Source: Octopus sinensis
Lineage: Eukaryota
Assembly (NCBI RefSeq): GCF_006345805.1
Contig: NC_043019.1
Span: 12,957,360-13,021,359, forward strand
Direction: 5' to 3'
DNA: 64,000 bases
Part shown: positions 50,360 through 63,052 of the stretch, piece by piece
Numbering within the stretch: the first letter of the stretch is position 1
How the letters are laid out: every line of letters begins with the position of its first letter
Notes under the pieces: model-generated
Told to the model about the DNA's origin: nothing
Database searches by the model: none
What the model saw: only the letters and a program-made list of their open reading frames with translations
Made by a program: the position numbers and the translations under genes

Positions 50360-50439
50360 TTCTACACGTGTTTCGAAAGGCACAATTTACCAAAATCCGA
50401 TTGAATAATGGGACCATATTGTGTCTTTCTCTTCAGGAA
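50360..50439 (-). ncRNA. Type I hammerhead ribozyme motif (mirror copy)
   Basis: Reverse complement of 51186-51265. Confidence 0.7.
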
Positions 50440-51185
50440 GAAAATAGGAAATCCGTTGGGAAAAACAAAAACAGAACAGAGGCGGAGCAAAACCAAATCG
50501 AACTATGCTCCTAAGAGCCCTGGCGAAACTGTTTATCAGTGTATGCTGAGAACCGGGCTGAGGAATTCTACAGGTCAGGCATCGGTCAATCATGTGGGTA
50601 AGGGTGTGTAGATGTTCTTTGTGACCGAGAATAAAGTTCTGACTATTTAAGGAATATTGGATGTTTTATAAGGGCGAGAAAAAATCTACTTAGAGACGTG
50701 TGTGTGTCTACTGTTCTATATATGTGTGTGTTGCGTAGGGGTAGAAAACATTTTTGTGTACGTGTGTGCGTTTGATCGTTCGGCTGTCAGTGGCTACTGC
50801 AGTGAGACGGTTCTCACTGCAGTAGCCACTGACAGCCGAACGATCAAACGCACACACGTACACAAAAAATGTTTTCTACCCCTACGCCAGCACACACATA
50901 TATAGAACAGTAGACACACACACGTCTCTAAGTAGATTTTTTCTCGCCCCTTATAAAACATCCAATATTCCTTAAATAGTCAGAACTTTATTCTCGGTCA
51001 CAAAGAACATCTACACACCCTTACCCACATGATTGACCGATGCCTGACCCGTTAAATTCTTCAGCCACCGGTTCTCAACATACACTGATAAACAGTTTCG
51101 CCATGGGCTCTTAGGAGCCTAGTTCGATTTGTTTTTGCTCCGCCTCTGTTCTGTTTTTGTTTTTTCCAACGGATTTCCTATTTTC

Positions 51186-51265
51186 TTCCTGAAGAGAAAG
51201 ACACAATATGGTCCCATTATTCAATCGGATTTTGGTAAATTGTGCCTTTCGAAACACGTGTAGAA
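51186..51265 (+). ncRNA. Type I hammerhead ribozyme motif (canonical core)
   Basis: ttc-CTGAAGA-gaaag(acacaat)...(attgtg)cctttc-GAAA-cacgtgt-A-gaa; GUA cleavage triplet; palindromic helix III. Confidence 0.7.
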
Positions 51266-51324
51266 TGAAATAAAACGATTTCTGTTCAATCTGCGTTCAG
51301 CTCCATTTCTTCAATTCACCAATA

Positions 51325-51362
<38 letters not shown>

Positions 51363-51915
51363 ACAGGCTTCTTTTCTGTTTCCGTCTACCAAATCCACTC
51401 ACAAGGCTTTGGTTGGCCCAAGGTTATAGTAGAAGACAGTTGCCCAAGGTGTCATGCAGTGGGAATGAACCTGGAACCATGTAGTTGGTAAGCAAGCTAC
51501 TTACCATACAGTCACTCCTGTGCCTATATATATATATCTGTTTATTTTCTCTTATACCTTTCTGTTGAAGAGCATTGGCTTGAAATATAAAAGACTTTTC
51601 CATTCTTCCTGAGTGTCAAACTATTACACATACTTGTTGTTCATACACCAGTCTTTGTCTTTTGTTTTTCTGCAAATTTCAACTATATATATGTATGTAT
51701 GGATGGATGGATGGATGGGTGGGTTTATGGATGGATGGATGTGTGGGTGGGTGGGTGGATGGATGGATGGGTGGGTGGGTGAGTTTATGGATGGATGGAT
51801 GGATTCTTTTTATGTGGCACCTGCACTGACAGGGTCACCAAGTAACTTGCAAGACAAGGAATTTTGAGAGGAGAGGAGGCGATCTTGTGTTAGATGATGA
51901 AAGGTTAGCTGAAAG

Positions 51916-52146
51916 CGGCGAGCTGGCAGAACTGTTAGCATGCCGGGCGAAATGCTTAGCGGTATTTCGTCTGTCGTTATGTTCTGAGTTCAAATTCCGC
52001 CGATGTCAACTTTGCCCTTCATTCTTTCGGGGTCAAAAAATTAAGTACCAGTTACGCACTGGGGTCAATGTAATTGACTTAATCCCTTTGTCTGTCCTTG
52101 TTTGTCTCCTCTATGTTTAGCCCCCTGTGGGCAGTAAAGAAATAAG
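51916..52146 (+). mobile_element. SINE family B
   Basis: Full forward copy. Confidence 0.8.
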
Positions 52147-52358
52147 AGAGACAGTAAGGCAGAAACAGCTGTTTTGCTGAACCCGGCCAGAGAGAGAGAG
52201 CTTTTCTTTTCAGTTTCTGTCTTTGCACAAAGTGCCATGTAGTGGGACTGAACTCAAGACCACGTGGTTGGGAAGCAAACTTCTTAACCCCACACCTGCA
52301 CCTATTCACTTGTTGTAATAGAATTTGATGACATGCTTCTTTTTCTCTTCAATTTCAG

Positions 52359-52473
52359 CATGAAATCGGTAAACCGAAGTCTAGGTTTGACTCTTCGGTG
52401 CTTAATTTCAAATCAAATTCCTCTGCTACAACTAATTCTTCAGCAAAACTAATTAATTCTAAATCACAACAAG
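52359..52473 (+). CDS. ZC2HC1A: ZC2HC1A-like exon 6 (HEIGKPKSRFDSSVLNFKSNSSATTNSSAKLINSKSQQ)
   Basis: Polypyrimidine tract + tttcAG, GTAACA donor, open frame; phase 0-1 bridges exons 5 and 7. Ser-rich linker. Confidence 0.8.
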
Positions 52474-53422
52474 GTAACACACGTTTTTCCTTTCAACTAT
52501 ATAATATGTTTTTAAACTAATCTTCCATTGAATTAACTCAATTTTGAAGCATTTTAATACTTCAGAGATATTTTGTTTTGGGATTTGGTTTGCAAGATTC
52601 TTTATTTGAGTTTGTGTGTTGAAGCATATTCTGTTGTGTCTGGGGAGAGTCATTTTCTTTTTGTGCCTTATAATGTAACACACTCCCCAGTAAAATTTCC
52701 ACTTATTTCTTATTTTTATTTTCCTAAAATTTTTGTTGAGTCTTACAACATTTTCAATAGTCTTGACTTCAGAGATGTTATCCTTATGGAAAAAAAAAAA
52801 CCAACCAAAAACAAAAAGTCACAAACGAATTAGTTTAGCATATTTGATGAAGTGGTCATTAAAAAAAAACGCTAATCAGAATTATGCAGAGAGAAGAAAA
52901 AAAACAAACAAATAGTAGTTATTGATTAATAAAGATGGTGGTGGTGGTGGCAGGGGGAGGAGGAGGAGGAAATAGGCATAAAAAAACTAGTTGATTGCAA
53001 CCCTAGAAAACGGTATTATTAGAGACAGTTAAGATACTTTGGAAGGTTCTTGGTATCGAAGGTTATTTATTGTAGGTCAGTGTTAGGAAAATTTTTTTCC
53101 AGTAGTTTCGTCTGTTGTGTGTATGAATGAAATAATAATAATAATAATAATAATTATAATAATAATAATTCCTATCATAGTAGGTGTATTAGGTATGGTA
53201 AAAAAAAATATTCAGACAAATACATAACAAAAACACAAGGACTTACAAATATATATATAACATACCGAAAATTGCACTACTGTGCACTGCACACATCCTA
53301 CGCAAAACACTTTCAATACAGTAGCCATAAGAGTATCACAGCAAACCACAGCACATACCCAAGGCACACAGAACTGCGCTCGGAAGTGCAGTGAAAGCAT
53401 GCTATAAAAATAAAACTACTGA

Positions 53423-53427
<5 letters not shown>

Positions 53428-53484
<57 letters not shown>

Positions 53485-53695
53485 CCTTTCTACTATAGGC
53501 ACAAGGCCTAGAATTTGGTGGAAGGGAATAGTCAGTTACATCGACCCCAGTATTCAGCTGGTACTTATTTCATCAACCTCAAAAGGATGAAAGGCAAAGT
53601 CGACCGCGGCAAAATTTGAACTTAGAATGTGAAAATGGACTACATGCCACTAAGCATTCTTACAAGTTGTGCTAATAATTCTGCCTGGTCACTGC
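53428..53695 (-). mobile_element. SINE family B (tail type 2) with an (AAT)n tail
   Basis: Reverse copy. Confidence 0.75.
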
Positions 53696-53951
53696 CTTGC
53701 TACCTTATATCTATTGAGAAATATATATATATGTCTTAGGATCAAGATCATGCTACCTATGTATCAATGAGAAATACTTCATTTTAACATCTCTTGTCAA
53801 TTTGATGAATTCAAGGAATGAGTTTTCTTGAAATGTCATCACCAATCTTCTAAGTTCATTTATTGAAATCAATAAACTTCTCCTCTTCCATGATCTTATA
53901 TATTTCTTATAATACTTATCTCCTTAAAATATGTCTGTTCTTTCTATTCAG

Positions 53952-54037
53952 AGCGTTCCGGATTACGTCGTCCAGGTTTCACATCTCGTATGCCATCAGC
54001 ACCGTCTAATGATTACAATGGGAAAATTATGCAACAG
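53952..54037 (+). CDS. ZC2HC1A: ZC2HC1A-like exon 7 ((E)RSGLRRPGFTSRMPSAPSNDYNGKIMQQ)
   Basis: attcAG/GTaaaa, phase 1-0, open frame. Confidence 0.8.
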
Positions 54038-54202
54038 GTAAAAGAAAAATACCAAAATTCTTTGGCTTCTGATACTTCAGGCTTTTTTTTTTCCTTCAAT
54101 TAAAAGCTGTTAATTGGCTATAAAACATTTGTAGTCATTATCAGCATCATCAGCATTATTATCATCACCATTGTATTATTATCTACCATCATCACCATCT
54201 TC

Positions 54203-54233
<31 letters not shown>

Positions 54234-54387
54234 ACTGCTGAATGTCTTTTTGGTGTAAAACTTCCAGTAATGTTAAAAATAACCATCTTTAATAAGACTA
54301 GTATACACACGCACACACACACACTCTAATCACATTTAGTGTCAATTATAATTCTCCTTTTTTGTGAAACACTGCAACCTATTCATC

Positions 54388-54845
54388 ATAATAATAATAA
54401 TAATGAAATTATTGTATACAGTGCTCAGGTGCACCACAACTTGTCAGAAAGTGCATATAAAGTACATGCAGTAATGTAGAAATGTGTGGAAAGTGAACAA
54501 TGTATGAGTCAGATACATGCTTGTGTGTGTATGGAGGGGAGAAAATCAAGTGTAGTGTTGGCGAATCTCAGGAAGCATGGAAGTTTTGAAGGATGCAGTG
54601 CTCCGACAACTAACAACTGATGCCGGCAGTTTGTTCCATGCTTCAGCAACTCTCAGCGTGAAAAAATGTTTCCTGAAGTCATGGGAGCTGTGCTGTTTTC
54701 TTACTTTGTAAATATGTCCACGGGTGTTAGATGGGTGGAGTTTGAAAAGGTGCTCAGAGTTATTGTTTGTACGATGGTTGATAATTTTATGGGTGTCTGC
54801 CAAGTCAGCTGCCAGACGTCCGAGTTTCAATGTGTCCATGCCCAG
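54388..54845 (-). mobile_element. CR1-clade LINE 3' end
   Basis: DLADTHKII...LF...TRGHIYK...FFTLRVAEAWNKLP..VV...FK, CR1 C-terminal motif; (ATT)n tail. Confidence 0.85.
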
Positions 54846-55010
54846 GGAAGTAAGGCGTTCATCATCATCATCATCATCGTTTAACGTCCGCTTTCCATGC
54901 TGGCATGTGTTGGATGATTTGACTGAAGGCTGGCGAACCAGATGGTTGCACCAGGTGCCAATCTTGATCTGGTAGAGTTTCTAAAGCTAGGTGCCCTTCC
55001 TAACGCCAAT

Positions 55011-55044
<34 letters not shown>

Positions 55045-55192
55045 GAAAAATTTACGAAAATAAACAAAAGACGAAGGCAGGTGGAGTACAAACAAACAAA
55101 TGTATTAGTATAACGCTCAGGAATAGAAAAAGTCTTTTACGTTTCGAGCCTACGCTCTTCGACAGAAAGATACACAGAAATATATATATATA

Positions 55193-55408
55193 TGAGAGGG
55201 TGCTAAAAAGTTCCTGGCTTTGGGTAAATGAAAATACAGGAGGATCAGTTAATTATGATTTTATTCAACATATTCCCCTCCCAGATTCACGCACTTATTG
55301 CAGCAGTCCTTCAGTTTTTCTAAGCCCTGTAAAAGAACTCGGAAAGGTTGGGTCTCCGAACGAGCTTTCGTGATACCCATATAGTCAGGAACTCTTTCGC
55401 ACCCCTCA
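55193..55408. mobile_element. Mariner deletion-derivative MITE
   Basis: TA|tgagagggtgct..aagttcctggc / gtcaggaact..gcacccctca|TA. Confidence 0.7.
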
Positions 55409-55511
55409 TATATAATTCACTACTGTTACTGTTCTTATTTGTAACCACTACACCTTTATTCATTCCCTCAAGTTTGTTTCTGCGTCTGTCTTTTGTTAAT
55501 TCTTTTCATAG

Positions 55512-55708
55512 AGAACTGATGAGTTGGACAGCAATGGAGTTAACTATGCTGCAACAGGACCCGCTTTAAGAACAGGACGGACTGGTAAAAATTATACAGA
55601 TGCCAAACGTGACGCCAAAGCTGGAAACGGATGTATAAAGGTCATGAGTGGACTGTCAATGGGGAGATCAGCTCCTGGGCAGAGGGCATTACCGAATTCT
55701 CTGAACAG
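55512..55708 (+). CDS. ZC2HC1A: ZC2HC1A-like exon 8 (RTDELDSNGVNYAATG...QRALPNSLN)
   Basis: tttcatAG/GTaata, phase 0-2, open frame (ORF 55524-55712). Confidence 0.85.
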
Positions 55709-55877
55709 GTAATAGGCTTTTGTTGTTTGCTCCTGCAAGAATTGAACTTGTGATATGTAATTTTAAACTGTCACGGAAAATTGTACACATATTTATACAC
55801 ACACCACAAATACACATGCACATACATGTACACACACAACCACATATATATATATATAGACAGACGGATGGCAAAAT

Positions 55878-56207
55878 GTTTTGCTCCGTGCCAGTGGCCG
55901 TAAAAAGCACCATCCGATCGTGGCCGTTGCCAGCCTCGCCTGGCTTCCGTGCCGGTGGCACGTAAAAAGCACCATCCGACCGTGGCCGTTGCCAGCCCCG
56001 TCTGGCACCTGTGCTGGTGGCACGTAAAAACCACCCACTACACTCACGGAGTGGTTGGCGTTAGGAAGGGCATCCAGCCGTAGAAACACTGCCAGATCAG
56101 ACTGGAGCCTGGTGCAGCCTTCTGGCTTCCTAGACCCTGGTCAAACCGTCCAACCCATGCTAGCATGGAAAGCGGACGCTAAATGATGATGATGATGATG
56201 ATGATGT
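55878..56207 (+). mobile_element. SINE-like family D
   Basis: Tandem units plus (GAT)n tail. Confidence 0.75.
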
Positions 56208-56502
56208 CATCTAGAATGGTATTAATTCTGATAACAGATAAGTTCACCACAGGGAAAGTTCTCCGCCATCAATTCACCGGGAAGAAAGTTCACAGCGAGA
56301 AAAGTTTACCGAGAAAATATATCCATAGTATCTCACTATTAATAGTTAATAACAATTTTATTAGGAAAAATTACTAGAACAAAAAACCGGTGAATTGACT
56401 TAATTCCTATCATGTTCACAACTTTACTGTGATGGGGAGGCAACTCATTGATCATACGTCGGTTATCTCCCATGAATATACCAAGCGTCGTCTGTACTGT
56501 AT

Positions 56503-57105
56503 TTTCTATTTCTTTACTACCCACAAGGGGCTAAACACAGAGAGGACAAACAAGGACAGATAAACGGATTACGTCGATTATATCGACCCCAGTGCGTAAC
56601 TGGTACTTATTTAATCGACCCCGAAAGGATGAAAGGCAAAGTCGACCTTGGCAGAATTTGAACTCAGAACGTAGCGGCAGACAAAATACCTCTTTCTTTA
56701 CTACCCACAAGGGGCTAACCACAGAGAGGACAAACAAGGACAGACAAACGGATTAAGTCGATTATATCGACCCTAGTCCGTAACTGGTACTTATTTAATC
56801 GACCCCGAAAGGATGAAAGGCAAAGTCGACTTTGGCGGAATTTGAACTCAGAACGTAGCGGCAGACAAAATACCTATTTCTGTACTACCCACAAGGGGCT
56901 AAACGCAGAGAGGACAAACAAGGACAGACAAACGGATTAAGTCGATTATATCTACCCCAGTGCGTAACTGTACTTATTTAATCGACCCCGAAAGGATGAA
57001 AGGCAAAGTCGAATTCGGCGGAATTTGAACTCAGAACGTAGCAGCAGACGAAATACTGCTAAGCATTTCGCCCGGCGTGCTAACGTTTCTACCAGCTCGC
57101 CGCCT
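56503..57105 (-). mobile_element. Head-to-tail array of about 3.3 SINE family B units
   Basis: Unit of about 185 bp, tactacccacaagggg...cagacaaaatacc, repeated; only the last unit carries the head. Confidence 0.9.
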
Positions 57106-57449
57106 TTCCCCTCTCCTATACAGTATTTTCTTTAAATAAGATGACAGAATCAATAGCACGCCGAATACAATGCTTAACATTTTGTCTGGCTTTACATTCT
57201 GAGTTCAAATTCCACCGAGGTCGATATTGCCTTTCGTGGCTTGGTTTCTATGGCTGGATGCCCTTCCTAATGCCAACCACTTTATGTGTACTGGCTGTTT
57301 TTTGTTTTCATACTATCGGCACTTGTGAGGTCAACATGCAACCCGCAAGACTATAGTCACCAACAGTAGCAGGGCCATCATCTTGATGCTAGGATCTTGT
57401 TGCTACAGTGGCTTGCAAAAGTCTACACCCTCTCTCTCTTTTTTTTCTC

Positions 57450-57835
57450 TTTTTACTTGTTTCAGTCATTTTGACTGCGGCCATGCTGGAGCACCGCCTT
57501 TAATCAAGCAACTCGACCCCGGGACTCATTCTTTGTAAGCCCAGTACTTATTCTATCGGTCTCTTTTGCCGAACTGTTAAGTGACGGGGACATAAACACA
57601 CCAGCATCGGTTGTCAAGCAATGCTAGGGGGACAAACACAGACACACGCACATACATATATATACATATATATACGACGGGCCTCTTTCAATTTCCGTCT
57701 ACCAAATCCACTCACAAGGCTTTGGTCGGCCCGAGGCTATAGTAGAAGACACTTGCCCAAGGTGCCACGCAGTGGAACTGAACCCGGAACCATGTGGTTG
57801 GTAAACAAGCTACTTACCACACAGCCACTCCTGTG
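57450..57835 (-). mobile_element. SINE family A
   Basis: Reverse copy. Confidence 0.85.
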
Positions 57836-58228
57836 CCATTTGAAAAATTATATATTTTGTATTTTTTAACAGGGAACAGCACATTTTTTCAATTCCAATG
57901 ATTGTTAAATAATAAGCAGATCCATCACAGTTTTGGAGTGGCCCAGCCAGTCTCCAGACCTCAATCCTATAGAACATCTATGGCGAGATCTAATGCTGGC
58001 TGTGCACTCACGTTCCACATCCAATCCGACACAGCTCAAGACGTTCTGCCATGAAGAATGGCGAAAACTGTCAGCAAACCACTGCAGCAAGCTCCTGGAA
58101 AGCTATCCGAGGCATCGGCAGACTATAATTGACGCAGCAGGATCCTCCACAAAGTATTAGCTGAAGTCATTCCAAAGTGGGTGGTGTAGACTTTTGAAAA
58201 GACATTTTTCAAAATTATCTTTATTTAA

Positions 58229-58675
58229 CCCTTTAGCACAGTGCTTTTCAAACTTTTTGCTGGAGTGGAACCCCAAGGAAACATTCCACTGGCTTGAGGA
58301 ACCCCTGTGCAATAATTTAATTGTCTTATGCACACATATCTGCACAGGAGAATTAAAAATTACTGTCGATTTTAGCATTTTTGTAACTTCTTGCGGAACC
58401 CCTGGACTGTACTGGTGGAACCCTAAGGTTCCGCGGAACCCTGGTTGAAAACCACTGCTTTAGCATTTAAACCGGCCATATCCGGCCAAAAATATTCTAC
58501 CTGTTTTATGTTCAAACTAGCCCTATCTGGTCTCTCACACCAACCCTACAATATTGTTTTAAAATTAACAGCTACCTCATCAGAATCTCATGGCTACAAG
58601 ATAATGCATGATTAGTTCAAAACAATGTGGATGAAGAAGCATTAATTTTGGCAGAATAATGTGAACACTAAAGGG
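58229..58675. mobile_element. piggyBac-type MITE
   Basis: TTAA|CCCTTTAG...CTAAAGGG|TTAA. Confidence 0.8.
58239..58457. mobile_element. hAT-type MITE nested in the piggyBac MITE
   Basis: CAGTG(C/G)TTTTCAA TIR; 8-bp TSD CTTTAGCA. Confidence 0.85.
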
Positions 58676-58802
58676 TTAAGAAACAGTTTAAAATTTTTCA
58701 AATGTATTTTGTGTATTAAATAAAAATGTGATAGATCTGGTTATTAAAACAAATTATTGGAGTTTAGAATATTAATTGTTCCTATCAAAATAAACAAAAA
58801 CA

Positions 58803-59668
58803 AAAACTCCGACGTCTGGCAGCTGACTTGGCCGACACCCATAAAATTATTAGCCATCTTACAAACAATAACTCTGAGCACCTTTTCAAACTCCACCCGT
58901 CTAACACCCGTGGACATATTTACGAAGTCAGAAAACAGCACAGCTCCCATGACTTCAGGAAACATTTTTTCACGCTGAGAGTTGCTGAAGCATGGAACAA
59001 ACTGCCGGCAGTTGTTAGTTGTCAGAGCACTGCATCCTTCAAAACTTCCATGCTTTCTGAGATTCGCCAACACTACACCTGATTTTCTCCCCTCCATACA
59101 CACACAAGCATGTATCTGACTCATACATTGTTCGCTTTCCAGACATTTGTACATTACTGCATATACTCTGACAAGTTGTGGAGCACCTGAGCACTCTTTA
59201 CTCTTTACTCTTTTACTTGTTTCAGTCACTTGACTGCGGCCATGCTGGAGCACCGCCTTTAGTCGAGTAACTCGACCCCAGGACTTATTCTTTTTGTAAG
59301 CCCAGTACTTATTCTATCGGTCTCTTTTTGCCGAACCGCTAAGTGACGGGGACGTAAACACACCAGCATCAGTTGTCAAGCAATGCTAGGGGAACAAACA
59401 CAGACACACAAACACACACACATACATACATATATATATATACACATATATACGACAGGCTTCTTTCAGTTTCCGTCTACCAAATCCACTCACAAGGCAT
59501 TGGTAGGCCCGGGGCTATAGCAGAAGACACTTGCCCAAGATGCCACGCAGTGGGACTGAACCCGGAAACATGTGGTTGGTTAGCAAGCTACTTACCACAC
59601 AGCCACTCCTGCGCCTGTATACAATAATTTCATTATTATTATTTATTATTATTATTATTATTATTATT
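58803..59668 (+). mobile_element. CR1 LINE 3' end interrupted by SINE A (59196-59616)
   Basis: Same family as 54388; the tail gagcact|gtatacaataatttcattatt is split by the SINE. Confidence 0.85.
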
Positions 59669-59779
59669 TAAAATACATCCAGTTTCCAAGGGTGGGGGCA
59701 TAGACTTTTGCAAGGCACTGTATTTAGAATGTCTAAGAATCCAGCTAATAAAGCCATCTTTATCTTGCTTGTCTTTCAG

Positions 59780-59951
59780 AACTGTGACCAATCGATACTT
59801 ACTGAACAAGGCCTCCGATTCCAGCAACAACACCAACTCTTCCAATATGAACAGCAGTCGATTCATGTGTCACCATTGCGACAGTGAATACCCCATAAGT
59901 ACGGCCAAATATTGTTGTGAATGTGGCGTGAAAAGACTTACTCTCACTTAG
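59780..59951 (+). CDS. ZC2HC1A: ZC2HC1A-like terminal exon 9 (...MCHHCDSEYPISTAKYCCECGVKRLTLT*)
   Basis: ctttcAG, phase 2; the C-terminal finger matches [27 protein letters not shown]; TAG stop. Confidence 0.95.
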
Positions 59952-61013
59952 TATTCCCTGCTGGGACGGACAGACAGACAGACAGAAAAGAGACAAGCGT
60001 TGTCGATTAATGAAATGGTTGTGTTTATATCCTTTAAGCCATCCGGAAACGAGAGATGGAAACTCAAAGTGGGTCCCAGAGCCAAAGACCGAAATAATTC
60101 CTGTTGTTATATCAAGAAAATGCCTCACCTCCCACCTTTTTGCTGTTTAGCAATCAGCTTTTGATATGATAATGAGATGGCATAACAAGGGAAAGAAAGA
60201 GAGGACGAAAGAATGACAGGCAGACAGACAATGAAGACTCTCAATGTATCAAGCACTCTATGTATTTTCCACTCAGTCTATTCCATTCAGGAAATATATA
60301 TAGAGGAATATTTATGGTTTTATATAGTTATAGTTTATATTTGTGTATTTCTTTCTTTATTTTACACACACACACTTCCTTTCTGAACAAATAGTGAATT
60401 TCTTAATCTGTAGGCTTGTTAGGCGTTTCTCTACATAATTCATGTCATGTAGCAAAAAATGTAGGATTTCTCAGCCAAGTAGAGCATATCCTTCTGGAAC
60501 CTATATAAATAAATAAATATATATATCATAAATATATATTATATTTTATTGAAAATATATATATACATATATAGATAAAACTTACTTGGAAAAGGATGCG
60601 TGGCGTTCAATCATATAATATAGATAATATATAAATATATGCATATATACATACATATATGTACATATATACATCTATATGTATATATGTATATATACAT
60701 GCATATATGGGTACAGGACATAAAAAAAACGTTGAACGCAATGAGAAACGAAAACATAAAAACAAAAACATGGAAACGAACTTCTTTTTCAAACAACGAA
60801 AAAACAGAGTACGTGGAGTAGACGAAACCGGGACAACTGAAGAAGGGGAATATTCCTTGTGTTGTATGTCTTGTACTCTGTTCTTTTGTTGTTTGAAAAA
60901 AAGTTTTTTTGATGGCCTGTACCCATACATGCATGTATATATACATGTAGATGTAGGTATGTACATATACGTATGTATGTATATATGCATATATCTATAT
61001 ATTATTTATGTTA

Positions 61014-61418
61014 TACTCTTTTACTTGTTTCAGTCATTTTGACAGCGGCCATGCTGGAGCACCGCCTTTAGTCGAGCAAATCGACCCCAGGACTTATTCT
61101 TTGTAAGCCCAGTACTTATTCTATCGGTCTCTTTTGCCAAACCGCTAAGTAACGGGGACATAAACACACCAGCATCGGTTGTCAAGCAATGCTAGGGGGA
61201 CAAACATAGACACACAAACATACACATATATATATATATATATATACATATATACGACAGGCTTCTTTCAGTTTCCATCTACCAAATCCACTCACAAGGC
61301 ATTGGTCGGCCCGGGGCTATAGCAGAAGACACTTGCCCAAGATGCCACGCAGTGGGACTGAACCCTGAACCACGTGGTTGGTTAGCAAGCTACTTACCAC
61401 ACAGCCACTCCTGCGCCT
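61014..61418 (-). mobile_element. SINE family A
   Basis: Reverse copy. Confidence 0.85.
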
Positions 61419-62405
61419 ATATATATATATAAATACATTAAAAGGCTTCTAAATAAAGAAGCAAGTGCTACATACACAGAAAGGGGATAAATTCATGAAA
61501 TGGAATGAAAATCAAAAACTTTTACCATCTCAGCTAATCCTGTACTGCAGTTTCATCTTCTTTTTAGCAAATGAATAGAATTCATCTGCCAACGCCAGAA
61601 TCGTCAGCGGCAAGCCTTTGTAATCCGAGCTGTACATACCGTTGGAAGCACGTGCAAATCCAACGATCTGTATGCCCTAACTTTTCAGACAAGTGCGCAG
61701 ACGCAAATTTATCCCCTTTTTGTGTATCTAGCTCCCGCTTCTTTATTTGGAAGCCTTTTAATGTATTTATATATGAATAACGTACAGTCTAATGACTAAT
61801 TCGTCTTTTGTGCTAGGTCACTGGTAATAATAATTTATTTTATTACCCTATTTACTATGTTTATATATATATATATATATATATATCTTACTTTGATTAC
61901 TTTGACCGAAGTAATATATATATATATATATAAACATAGTAAATAGGGTAATATATATAAGAAAAAAGGGACAGGCAACAGGTTGCTTGACCGCATACCG
62001 AAAAAGCAGTCAAGAATGCTTATTTCTATTTTCCACAAGTTCCTACCGTTAATTGGCTATATTTACATACCGAATTCTACTAGTAAATAATTGTAGTCTT
62101 TTTTTTAAAAACCATTATAGAAATTGTTTACTCTTATTATTATATTATATATATATAGATATATATATATATATATATGATAAATATATATTATTGAAAT
62201 TCTGTTGCTGTCTATATGTGAGCCAGGTTGACAGGATTACAATGACATTGCACTGCCTCATAGCCAGTGCCTATGAAGACTAGTGATTATAATTATGTTA
62301 AGTTCTAATGACCAGTTGTTTGTCCTGTTTTGGCAAATCAGAATTATGAAGCCTGTTTGTGTGCGTGTGTGTGAGAGAGAGAGTCTGTATGTATGTGTGT
62401 GTATA

Positions 62406-62436
<31 letters not shown>

Positions 62437-62442
62437 TATATA

Positions 62443-62896
62443 GAGAGTACTATTATTCATAGGTACCGCACACTAGGAGGGACCTTTGCAGTCAAAACTA
62501 CTAAAATAAAAAAATTTTAAATTTATATTTTTCACCGGAATATTTCAATACTGAATTTTTGTTCCGAATAGGCAAATTGTTACCGAAATGCATTGCGAAT
62601 AAGCCCGCCATTTTCATAGATATGTAAAGATAAACATTCGTACATGCTACGACGAATTCTTACGGTTGACTGTCGGGTATGCTATCTTGTGTTTTTTCTT
62701 ACATTCTTGAGTTCGTTGCACTGAAGAGCATAGAATGCATATTCTGCATTGATTGCGAAATCACAGTGATATGTAACTAAATTCTGTTTTTAAATGACTT
62801 GCTTTGAAGTTTTGCATTCGGTAAAATTTGTTTTTTTAGTAGTTTTGACTGCAAAGGTCCCTCCTAGCGTGCGGTACCTATGAATATAGTACCCTC
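62443..62896. mobile_element. MITE with about 65-bp TIRs (probably Tc1/mariner type)
   Basis: gag(a/g)gtacta..ttcataggtaccgcac(a/g)ctaggagggacctttgcagtcaaaactact at both ends, in TA-rich flanks. Confidence 0.75.
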
Positions 62897-63008
62897 ATAT
62901 ATATAAATAAATATTTTCAAAGTGGAAAAATTTACAGATTTTTTCTCTTACGAGGTTTTTCACGCTAACTACTGATAATTTCTTATAAGAGTTTATCCTT
63001 AATTTTAA

Positions 63009-63052
<44 letters not shown>

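Larger units (their letters stand above)
50293..51332. repeat. 1.04-kb palindrome (about 515-bp arms, 4-nt spacer), Penelope-like
   Basis: Centre actgcagtgaga|cggt|tctcactgcagt; the arms match with few differences. Confidence 0.93.
57406..59720 (+). mobile_element. Tc1 (DD34E) deletion derivative hosting nested insertions
   Basis: TA|CAGTG(G/C)CTTGCAAAAGTCTA TIRs|TA; WPSQSPDLNPIEHLW at about 57940; inner DR at about 58180. Confidence 0.75.

Noticed and set aside
60820-60870. ctgaagaagggg hammerhead-like start
   Set aside because: No GAAA or helix III after helix II.
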